A stretch of DNA of 64,000 bases from Sedimentisphaerales bacterium. Its GTDB lineage: Bacteria > Planctomycetota > Phycisphaerae > Sedimentisphaerales > Anaerobacaceae. Below are positions 55,505-64,000 of the stretch, piece by piece. The stretch is from NCBI GenBank assembly GCA_963708075.1, contig OY970194.1, forward strand, positions 448,001 through 512,000. Direction: 5' to 3'. Every line of letters starts with the position of its first letter. Position 1 is the first letter of the stretch. The position numbers and the translations under genes are program-made. The notes beneath the pieces are model-generated. The model had not been told where the DNA came from. It saw nothing but the letters and a program-made list of their open reading frames with translations, and searched no databases.

Positions 55505-57712
55505 ATGATGCAGGCGAGTGGTTTGAACAGGCGGCGGTTCTTGCAGGTGGCGTCCGGTTCAGCGGCGGCCATGGTTCTGCCGAGGATTTCCTCCGGGGCC
55601 GGCGAGCAGGAGAAGGACCGGCCGAACTTTCTTTGGATCAGCACGGAGGACATGAGCCCGGATATGGGTTGTTACGGCGACCCCTATGCGGTGACGCCCA
55701 ATCTCGACGCCCTGGCGGCTCAGGGGGTTCGCTACACGCGGGTGTTCACGCATGCGGGAGTCTGTGCGCCGTCGCGGTCAGGCCTCATCACGGGCATGTA
55801 TCCGACGACGATCAGGACCCATCACATGCGTTGCCGGGGCGTCCCGCCGAGCGAGGTCAAGTGCTTCCCCGAGTACCTGCGGGCCGCCGGCTACTATTGC
55901 ACGAACAACGTCAAGACCGATTACCAGTTCGATGCGCCGCTGACGGCGTGGGACGAGTGCAGCAATAAGGCCCACTGGCGCAACCGGCCGGCGGGCAAGC
56001 CGTTCTTTTCCGTCATCAATTTCACGATTACGCATGAGAGCCAGGTTCGAAATCGCAGCGCCGGGATGATGAAGCAGCTCAACAGCCTGGGTCCCGGCGA
56101 GAGGCACGACCCTGCCAAGGCTCAGCTTCCACCATACTACCCGGATACGCCGAAGGTCCGTCAGGATTGGGCCCAGTATTACGACGTTGTCACGCTCATG
56201 GACAAGCAGGCAGAAGAGGTCCTGGACCAGTTGGAGCAGGATGGGCTGGCCCAGAACACGATTGTCTGGTTCTGGGGCGATCACGGTCGGGGCCTGCCGC
56301 GAGGCAAACGCTGGGTCTACGACTCCGGGACCCGCGTGCCGCTGATCGTTCGCGTCCCCGAGAAGTGGCGCAAGCTCGCCATGCCGGACAACGCGGATGC
56401 CGTCAAACCGGGGACCGTCAACGACGATTTGGTTGCGTTCATCGACTTTGCTCCCACGATGCTGTCGCTGGCCGGGATCGACGTCCCGCGACACATGCAG
56501 GGCCGGGCATTTCTCGGCAGTCAGAAGGGCAAGCCGCGAGAATACGTCTTCGCCGCCCGCGACCGGATGGATGAGGCCTACGACATGATCCGCGCCGTGC
56601 GGGATAAGCGGTACAGGTACATCCGAAATTATATGTGGTATCTGCCGCGAAGCCAGGACATCAGCTACATGAACGAGATGCCGACGATGCAGGAGATGCG
56701 CCGGCTCTTCGCGGAAGGCAAGCTCGCAGGGCCTCAGATGCAGTACTTCGAGCCGATCAAGCCCGTCGAAGAGCTCTACGACACGGCGGCCGACCCGCAC
56801 GAGGTGAAGAATCTGGCCGGCGATCCGAAGTACAAGGACGTGCTGGAGCGGATGCGGAAGGTACACAACGAGTGGTGCCGGGACACGATGGACGTGGGCC
56901 TGATCCCGGAGCCGGTGCTCGACGAGATGAAGTGGCCGCCGGGCAAGCCGGAGAAGACGGCTGAGCCGGTGTGCATCAAGCAGACGGGAAATCCACAGGA
57001 GGGCGGCGCCGTCACGATTACCTGCCCGACATCGGGTGCCTCCATCGCCTGCCGCATTGGCGGCGATCCCAAGAGTGCCACGGGCTGGGAACTCTACGTC
57101 CGGCCGGTGCGCCTCAAAGGCGATGAAGTCCTGCATGCCAAGGCGTGCAGAATCGGATTCAAAGACAGCAACGCGGTCACGCTCAAATTGGGCGGCCCGG
57201 TTGTCGAGAAGCCGCAGACTACCCAGACGGACCCGTGGAAGACCAGGCTCGATGCGACCGGTCTGCGTCCGCGGCTCCTGAAGCTGAAGGAGCTTGACTA
57301 CGAGGGCCCGAACGCCACAGCCCAGTACATGAAGTATCTCGAAGACGCCCATCCCGTGGTCCGGTACCTGGCGACGGTCGGCCTGCATGCCAGTTGCCGG
57401 TTCCCGGTCGATATGACGTTTGTCAAGCCCCCGATGCAAACGAAGCTGGGGGATCAGTCGATGATCGTTCGCATCGCGGCGGCCCATGCCCTGTGCGAGT
57501 GGGGACAGGAAAAGGATACGCTGCCGGTGCTCGTCGAGGGGTTGAAGCATCCAACGGATAAGGTGCGTCTGTTCGCCGTCATCGCACTGGACAAGCTCGG
57601 CGAGAAGGCCCGCCCGGCGCTGGCACAGATCAAGACGGCTGCTGCACAGGATTCCGACGACTACGTGAAGCGCGTGGCCAAGACAGCGTTGAGCCGGCTG
57701 GAGCCCCGGTGA
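55505..57712 (+). CDS. Tat-exported formylglycine-dependent sulfatase with C-terminal FN3-like and HEAT-repeat domains
   Basis: RRRFL Tat motif; CAPSRSGLITG; GDHG; EELYD...DPHE; HEAT motifs VRIAAAHAL, VRLFAVIAL. Confidence 0.92.
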   Translation: MMQASGLNRRRFLQVASGSAAAMVLPRISSGAGEQEKDRPNFLWISTEDMSPDMGCYGDPYAVTPNLDALAAQGVRYTRVFTHAGVCAPSRSGLITGMYPTTIRTHHMRCRGVPPSEVKCFPEYLRAAGYYCTNNVKTDYQFDAPLTAWDECSNKAHWRNRPAGKPFFSVINFTITHESQVRNRSAGMMKQLNSLGPGERHDPAKAQLPPYYPDTPKVRQDWAQYYDVVTLMDKQAEEVLDQLEQDGLAQNTIVWFWGDHGRGLPRGKRWVYDSGTRVPLIVRVPEKWRKLAMPDNADAVKPGTVNDDLVAFIDFAPTMLSLAGIDVPRHMQGRAFLGSQKGKPREYVFAARDRMDEAYDMIRAVRDKRYRYIRNYMWYLPRSQDISYMNEMPTMQEMRRLFAEGKLAGPQMQYFEPIKPVEELYDTAADPHEVKNLAGDPKYKDVLERMRKVHNEWCRDTMDVGLIPEPVLDEMKWPPGKPEKTAEPVCIKQTGNPQEGGAVTITCPTSGASIACRIGGDPKSATGWELYVRPVRLKGDEVLHAKACRIGFKDSNAVTLKLGGPVVEKPQTTQTDPWKTRLDATGLRPRLLKLKELDYEGPNATAQYMKYLEDAHPVVRYLATVGLHASCRFPVDMTFVKPPMQTKLGDQSMIVRIAAAHALCEWGQEKDTLPVLVEGLKHPTDKVRLFAVIALDKLGEKARPALAQIKTAAAQDSDDYVKRVAKTALSRLEPR

Positions 57713-57732
57713 TGCTTGAGGAGAGAAGCAGG

Positions 57733-59108
57733 ATGTTCAAGCGAATGGGAGTAGGAGCGTTGCTGGCTTTGGCTGCAATGTGGCCTGCTGTCGGGCAGAC
57801 GCAGTCTGACGAGTTGGTGGTCAATCCGGCGTTCAAGGCGAGCGGACAGGAGATGCCTGACGGCTGGTCGGTGTGGAAGCCATCGTGGGGACAGGCGGCG
57901 TGTCAGGTGCGCGGCGCGGATGGGGGGCTTCTGATCAAGTCGGAGCGTGATCCGTTTGGGGTAGGGGGCGTGACTCAGGAGGTCAAAGGGGTTCGCGGTG
58001 GGCAGGCGTACGCGATCCGGGCCGTCTGTGAGTTGCGGAGTATCCCATCGCCGTTCCGCTCAGCCATCGTTCGCCTGGGCTGGCTCAAGGCGGGCAAGCC
58101 GCTCGATCCATCCGGCGTGCTGGTGCGCGGGCCCAGGCTGGAGGGTGACAAGGCGGTGTTTTCGGATGTTCTCGTGGCTCCAAAGGACGCGGATGGAGCG
58201 AGGTTGTCGCTGGAGGTGAAATGGCCCGGTGAGGGGGAGGTCTTGTGGAAGCAGGTGAGCCTGCGTCCCACGACTGATCCTGGGCCGCGAAAGGTGAAGA
58301 TCGGCACGGTGTACCTGCGGCCGAGAAACAGCACGCCGCAGAAGAACCTCGAACTGTGGTGCGGCCAGATTGACGCCGCCGGCAAGCTGGGACTCGATAT
58401 CGTGTGCCTGGGCGAGACCATCACGCGCGTCGGGACCACGGCCTCGCTGGAGGACGTGGCCGAGCCGATTCCAGGACCGGCGACGAAGAGACTTGGAGAA
58501 GCGGCGAAGAAGAACCATATCTGGGTCGTGGCGGGCCTTATGGAGCGTGTGGACTCCATCGTGTACAACACCGCGGTCCTTCTCAACCGTCAGGGCGAGA
58601 TCGCCGGCACGTATCGCAAGGTCCATCTGCCTCGCGAAGAGTGGAAGGAGGGTGTGCGGCCTGGGGACCAGTCGCCCGTGTTCGACACGGATTTCGGCCG
58701 GATCGGCATGCAGATTTGTTACGATTGGTTCTTCCCCGAGATGGTGGAACTCCTTGCTCTCAAGGGCGCGGAGATAGTCTTTGCGCCACCTGGGGCAATA
58801 CCCTGCCCGACCGTGACGGCATGGTCGATGGCGAGTCAACGTTCCGCGTCCGCGCACGCGACAACGGCGTCTATATGGTCCCGTCGGTCTATGACGGCCC
58901 CAGCCTGATCATCGACCCGATGGGCAGAATCCTGGCGTCGAACAAGGGTAAAGAGGGCGTCTACTGGGCAGAGGTGGACTTGAACAAGCGCGAGTGCCTC
59001 GAGTGGGTGGGCTACTGGCGTTCCATCGGTCCCCGCGACCGCATGCCAGAATCCTATGACCCGCTTGCCGACAAACCTCTGGACCCGGACTTGAGCAAGG
59101 TGCGGTAA
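57733..59108 (+). CDS. Secreted carbon-nitrogen hydrolase with N-terminal CBM-like domain, frameshift near 58787
   Basis: Triad motifs CLGET, YRKVHL, QICYD; continues as TWGN...RARDNG...IIDPMGR in another frame. Confidence 0.82.
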
Positions 59109-59164
59109 GTGCTAAACAGGGCAAGAGCGGCTGTACACAACAACTCCAATTTCCAAGGATAAGC

Positions 59165-60208
59165 ATGACAGCAAAAGAAAACGCAAGGGCGGCTTCGGTG
59201 TTGAAGAAGGACGATCAGATCGTGATTGCGGGGGCCGGGGGATTCATCGCCGGCGCTCTGACTCGATACTTCCATGACCAGGGTTTTACGCGGATTCGCG
59301 CGATTGACAAGAAACCTCTGCCCGAATGGTACCAGCGGACCCCCGGTGTGGAATGTCTGTGCATGGATCTGAGCCAGGAAGACAATTGTAGGCGGGCGTG
59401 CGAGGGGGCGGTGGAGGTCTATAACCTCGCCGCCGACATGGGCGGAATGGGGTTCATCGAGCGATTCCGCATCGAATGCCTCCGCAGCATCCTGATCAAT
59501 ACGCACATGATCGAATCGGCGTATCACGCCGGCGCCCGGCGGTACTTCTTCTCGTCCTCCGCCTGCGCGTACAACGTCGAGCTCCAGAAGAGCCCGGATT
59601 GCCGGGCGTTGAAGGAATCCGATGCCTACCCCGCCATGGCCGAGCGCGGCTACGGCTGGGAAAAACTGATGAGTGAAATGGTGTGCCGAGAGTACTGGTG
59701 TGAGCGCCAGTTCGAAACACACATCGCCCGATTTCATAACGTTTTCGGATCTTCCGGAACTTGGGATGGGGGACGGGAGAAGGCGCCGGCGGCGATCTGC
59801 CGGAAGGTGGTTGAAGCCAAGGACACGGGGGCGCGGGACATCACTATCTGGGGCGATGGCCGGCAGACCCGCAGCTTCATGTTCATCGACGACTGTGTCC
59901 AGGGCATCGACATGATCATGCACTGTGATAAGCTGATCGCGACGCCGATCAACCTCGGGTCCAACTTCCTCGTCTCCATCAACGACCTGGTCACCATGGC
60001 GGAAGAGATCGGCGGGATCACGCTGAATCGCAAGTACGACCTCAACGCCCCGAAAGGCGTCGGTGGCCGCAACAGCGACAACACGTTCATCCAGCAGGTC
60101 CTCGGCTGGGAACCCAGCACGCCCCTGAAGGACGGCCTCCGCAAGACCTACGCTTGGATCGAGCAGCAGTACATGGCCCGCAAAGCCGGCCGGCGAACTG
60201 TCAGCTAG
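59165..60208 (+). CDS. GDP-mannose 3,5-epimerase-like NAD-dependent epimerase
   Basis: GAGGFIA, LAADMGGMGFI, SSACAY, YGWEK, GGREKAPAAICRK, GDGRQTRSF. Confidence 0.85.
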   Translation: MTAKENARAASVLKKDDQIVIAGAGGFIAGALTRYFHDQGFTRIRAIDKKPLPEWYQRTPGVECLCMDLSQEDNCRRACEGAVEVYNLAADMGGMGFIERFRIECLRSILINTHMIESAYHAGARRYFFSSSACAYNVELQKSPDCRALKESDAYPAMAERGYGWEKLMSEMVCREYWCERQFETHIARFHNVFGSSGTWDGGREKAPAAICRKVVEAKDTGARDITIWGDGRQTRSFMFIDDCVQGIDMIMHCDKLIATPINLGSNFLVSINDLVTMAEEIGGITLNRKYDLNAPKGVGGRNSDNTFIQQVLGWEPSTPLKDGLRKTYAWIEQQYMARKAGRRTVS

Positions 60209-60306
60209 CCGGGCAGGAAGAAGAGATAGGACGGATGGGACCTATGGGACGGATAGGACCTATCTTGAGCAGGCCTTGAGCGTGGAGAGATCGCCGGATC
60301 TGTAAC

Positions 60307-61101
60307 ATGAAGCCAGATCGAGGTCACGATATCGCTGATGTGCTTGGCCGCCTGCCATACCGGCTGGCCTTGGCCGGCGGCTGGATCGATCAGCCGTTCG
60401 TCTCCAGGCTCAACCCGTCGTCGCCGGGTTCGATGGTCGTCGTGAGCGTCGAGCCGCAGTTCTGGTTCATGGAGCGGGCCGGCATCTGCATCGGCACCCG
60501 CAACATCGCCCTGCGACTCTGGCACGGCACGCTCCCCGACGCCGACCCGGGGCAACTCGTGCAGGACCTCTACGCCGCGGAGAACGCAGGCAAGCCGGAG
60601 CCCTCCGGCTCGCAAGACATGATCGGCCTCGTCTATCCCGGCATCAATCGCCTCGACTACGACTTTGCCCACAAAGCCGGCATCTTCCCGCGCCACATCG
60701 AATCCAGCAACGACCCGCAGGTCGCCTCCTGGCTGGAGAAGGTGCTCCACCTCCTCCCGGTGAATCAGCGGCCCGACGGCTACAACCCCTTGGAGACCCG
60801 GAGCCTCGACCCCCGCTGGATCGCCCGCCTGGGCCAGTCCGGCCGGACCTGTTACGACGCCATCCTCGCCCGTGACATCGCCGCACTCGGGGCCTCCCTG
60901 AACGAGTGCATGCTCTGCTGGGAGGCGATCCTGCCCGGCACGGTCCGCCATCGAACCATCCAGATCGACCTGCTCGCCCTCCTGAAGCACTACCAGTCGC
61001 GCTACCCCGGCGCCATGTACTCCGGCTGCGGCGGCGGCTACCTCTACGTCGTCTCCGAAGCCCCCGTCCCCGGCGCCTTTCACGTCAAGCTCCGAATCTA
61101 G
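60307..61101 (+). CDS. GHMP-kinase-like protein (sugar kinase family)
   Basis: PYRLALAGGWID, SGSQD, SGCGGGY. Confidence 0.65.
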   Translation: MKPDRGHDIADVLGRLPYRLALAGGWIDQPFVSRLNPSSPGSMVVVSVEPQFWFMERAGICIGTRNIALRLWHGTLPDADPGQLVQDLYAAENAGKPEPSGSQDMIGLVYPGINRLDYDFAHKAGIFPRHIESSNDPQVASWLEKVLHLLPVNQRPDGYNPLETRSLDPRWIARLGQSGRTCYDAILARDIAALGASLNECMLCWEAILPGTVRHRTIQIDLLALLKHYQSRYPGAMYSGCGGGYLYVVSEAPVPGAFHVKLRI

Positions 61102-61424
61102 CCACTGTCGCACACTGGGGACCTCCGGCACGGGCGACTTCCTCGCCCACGCGGTCCATAATCGGCCCCTCGGGTGCGTAGATAGATGTGGATAATCCCA
61201 TTGTCCCGCAAGGACTTACGCCGCTGACGCCGATTCTTGCTTCCGAGAGACGACTTTGCCGTCATTTTGCCCATTTTATCATTGACTTTTCGCTATAAAA
61301 TCTGTCTTATATAGGGTACAGCCGAAGGGAATCGAGACTCTTTACATTTGGTGGGCAGTACTCCGCTACGGACGGCACATCTGATAACAGCGTGAAACTG
61401 GGTAGCAGGAAGAGGGTGGAGTGT

Positions 61425-62207
61425 ATGAGTTCGCTCAAATCGGTAATCGCACTGTTGACCGTCTCTCTGGTTTGCAGTCTCTCTTTTGCCCCCGTTTGTC
61501 CGGCCGCAGCGACGTACAGCGGCAGCCTCCAATATACGCCCCCCGCGCCGCCGACCAGCAGCGACGGTCTGAACGTGGGCGGCCCAAGCGGCCAGTGGGA
61601 CAGCTACACGGTCACCTTCTCCTGGGCCGTCACTGACTCTGATCCCAGCCCGGCGGGGTATCCCTGGCATTACACGTACCACATGCAGCATAGCGGCACT
61701 CAGTTCGGCTACAGCCACATCATCATCGAGGGCTCTCCCAATATGACGTCGGAAGACATTGCCGGCCTGACGGGCGCCACCCTCGATTCCGTGAAGCTTC
61801 AGACGGTCCTGGGCGGCAATCCGAACATGCCGGAGGACGTCTACGGCATGCGATTCCTTCCGCCGACCTCGGGCGTCACCGATATGACTTGGGATTTCTT
61901 CAGCGACCGCGCCCCGGTATGGGGTGACTTCTACGCTCGTTGCGGCGGATTTCAGGGCGGCATCAACTTCGCCTACAACTACAACATGGACGACAGCGGC
62001 TTCGCCAGAGGCTTCCTCGATCCCGACGGAAACGACAACATCCTGAATGACACCGATCCGACCGCCGGCCCGTCCAATGGCTCGCTTGACTTCCACATTC
62101 TCAGGCCGGACACCACGAGCACCACGATCCCCGCCCCGGGCGCCTTGCTCCTGACCGGAATCGGCGCGAGCGTCGTCACCTGGGCCCGTCGCCGCCGCAC
62201 GCTGTAA
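61425..62207 (+). CDS. PEP-CTERM-like (IPAPG) secreted protein
   Basis: Signal peptide; C-terminal IPAPGALLLTGIGASVVTWARRRRTL. Confidence 0.88.
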   Translation: MSSLKSVIALLTVSLVCSLSFAPVCPAAATYSGSLQYTPPAPPTSSDGLNVGGPSGQWDSYTVTFSWAVTDSDPSPAGYPWHYTYHMQHSGTQFGYSHIIIEGSPNMTSEDIAGLTGATLDSVKLQTVLGGNPNMPEDVYGMRFLPPTSGVTDMTWDFFSDRAPVWGDFYARCGGFQGGINFAYNYNMDDSGFARGFLDPDGNDNILNDTDPTAGPSNGSLDFHILRPDTTSTTIPAPGALLLTGIGASVVTWARRRRTL

Positions 62208-62242
62208 GAGCCGTCGCGGCCAAACCGCCGGAATCGAAATTA

Positions 62243-63045
62243 TCTCGCGCAGAGACGCTGAGATGCAGAGAAACGACTGTCATTCGACACGGATTCCACG
62301 GATTCACACTGATTTCAAACTGACAACCGACAACTGAGAACTGTCAACTGCCTTTTTCATCCGCGGATTTCGTAGGGTGGGTTCTTAACCCACGCGGATT
62401 CTCCTCCATTCATGTCATTCCCGCGAAGGCGGGAATCCAGGTTTCTAACCGCAGAGGATGCGAAGGGGCGCAGGGGAAGAATGTAACCGCAGATGAACGC
62501 CGATGGACGCGGATTTCCAACTGAGAACCGGGAACCGAGAACAACTGACTTTCTCGCGCAGAGACGCTGAGACGCAGAGAAGATGCAACATGCAGGGTGG
62601 GTTCTTAACCCACGCGGACTCTCCTCCATTCATGTCATTCCCGCGAAGGCGGGAATCCATCTTCGTCTTTCAAGAGCAACCGCTGCGACCAAAATCATCT
62701 CACGCAGAGACGCTGAGACGCAGAGAAAATGCAACATGCAGGGTGGGTTCTTAACCCACGTGGACTCTCCTCCATTCATGTCATTCCCGCGGAGGCGGGA
62801 ATCCAGATTTCTAACAGCAGAGGACGCGAAGGGTCGCAGGCGAGAAATGGAACCGCGGATAACCGCGGATGAACGCTGATGAGGGGTGGGGACAAGGCAA
62901 CGGCGAGAGCCGGTAGGGTGGGCTATGCCCACCGATTCTCATTCTTCACCACCGAGACCACGGAGAAAATCCGTTCGGGTGACGAGATGCGCCCGCGGGG
63001 CACAGAACCTCTGACTTCACACATCAAACTTCACACTTCACACCT
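62243..63045. repeat. Mosaic repeat field: REP hairpins, ATTCCC-N8-GGGAAT hairpins, 7- to 9-mer tandems, and a roughly 108-bp duplicated unit
   Basis: 62552-62659 repeats at 62698-62805; REP plus hairpin core also at 62372-62439. Confidence 0.85.
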
Positions 63046-63480
63046 TCTTTCCCATTCCGCCGTCCGAAATCCTCAATTTTCCCAAAGCTCCTCAATTCTC
63101 CATCTTCCGTTCTGCCCTGTATCCTGAAGGCCTCCGCTCTACTGCCACACTGCCATATAGGCAGACGCCCTATGCCAAAATAGGCAAAACCCTGAACGCT
63201 ATCCACAAAGCCTCAGTTATCCAAGTCCTGCAAGTATATAGACGACAAGTACTTACGACTTTCTTTATCGGTCCATGGCTTGGTCTGGCACGCAATTTGC
63301 ACCTCTGTGGAACCAGAAAAAATAGAATATTGGTCGGTGAGGAAGCCGACCGAACGACGTGAGTCACTTCGATCCTTCCCCACTGATCAATGTAGGCGCG
63401 GCTGCTTGTGCCCGTCCAGAAAGGCCAAATTTGAATTAGCGAACGTAATTGTCGTTAATAACTGAATAGGAGAACCGCCT

Positions 63481-63705
63481 GTGAACAACTATGAACTAAG
63501 GAAGGAAGATGGACAGTGGAAATTTCAGCAGCAGGGGGCCGGTCGTGCCATAAAGGTCTTCCCGACCAAAGGGGAAGGTGTGGACTTTAGCACGAACTAC
63601 ATGGGGGAACATGGAGGCTCGCTGAAGATCAAGAAGGAGAACGGCAGAATCCAGGAAGAAAGGACCTATCCGAGAAAGGCTGATCCCCGAGAGACACCAG
63701 GCTGA
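63481..63705 (+). CDS. DUF2188-like small protein
   Basis: W...GAGRAIKVFPTK...SLKIKKENGRIQEERTYPRKADPRETPG; AGGAG RBS. Confidence 0.8.
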   Translation: MNNYELRKEDGQWKFQQQGAGRAIKVFPTKGEGVDFSTNYMGEHGGSLKIKKENGRIQEERTYPRKADPRETPG

Positions 63706-63777
63706 TATGCTTTGACCTCGTGGCACTTGTGGCGGGCAGCAACTGCAACTCCAGTTCGGAAGTGAAGGACATAGAAT

Positions 63778-64000
63778 ATGGCACTGACTGATTCATATCT
63801 TGCTCAGACAAAGAATCTTGGCGCGATACTTAGCGCGATCCGTGGAGCGCAGGCTCCGGAGAAATTCACGGTACGGTTTCTCGAACAATTGGGCTTCAAG
63901 AGCACAAATGACCGGAATATCATCGGTGTCCTCAAGGGATTAGGATTTCTGGATGACTCTGGTACACCGAAGCAGCGATACTTTGACTATCTCGACGAGA
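63778..64000 (+). CDS. DUF5343-like protein, runs off the window
   Basis: Manual translation MALTDSYLAQTKNLGAILSAIRGAQAPEKFTVRFLEQLGFKSTNDRNIIGVLKGLGFLDDSGTP. Confidence 0.75.
   Translation, partial: MALTDSYLAQTKNLGAILSAIRGAQAPEKFTVRFLEQLGFKSTNDRNIIGVLKGLGFLDDSGTPKQRYFDYLDE

Noticed and set aside
62357..63127. Short ORFs in the repeat field
   Set aside because: They are translations of repeated palindromes (MDSRLRGND-type) with no coding evidence

Overview
GC-rich bacterial chromosomal segment. Gene content (PAPG-type PEP-CTERM proteins, sulfatase and glycoside hydrolases, atypical MnmE) suggests Planctomycetota/Phycisphaerae, which is an inference only. Housekeeping content: tRNA-Arg(CCT), a complete atpBEFHAGDC operon followed by rnpA, and rpmA-obgE, coaX, mnmE-like, mutS, asnA and purD. 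Accessory content: large secreted carbohydrate-active enzymes (fragmented GH2-like, tandem GH127-like, malectin-containing), a 16-heme/beta-barrel/6-heme porin-cytochrome cluster, and a CRR6-like/HsdR_N nuclease fusion. The most unusual region is 29.4-35.2 kb. There a RAYT-like Y1 (HUH) transposase is bounded by perfect 25-bp terminal inverted repeats, and further element ends and transposase fragments alternate with AT-richer cargo genes in a cassette-array-like layout. This is followed by a 7-copy TGCGAAACAAAGCCA repeat array with variable spacers and no cas genes. Intergenic DNA is rich in REP-like, nested palindromic and heptamer repeats. Several single-base frameshifts (atpF, AsmA-like, C-N hydrolase, GH2-like) probably reflect sequencing or assembly indels. 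All family assignments come from motif recognition by eye, not database searches.
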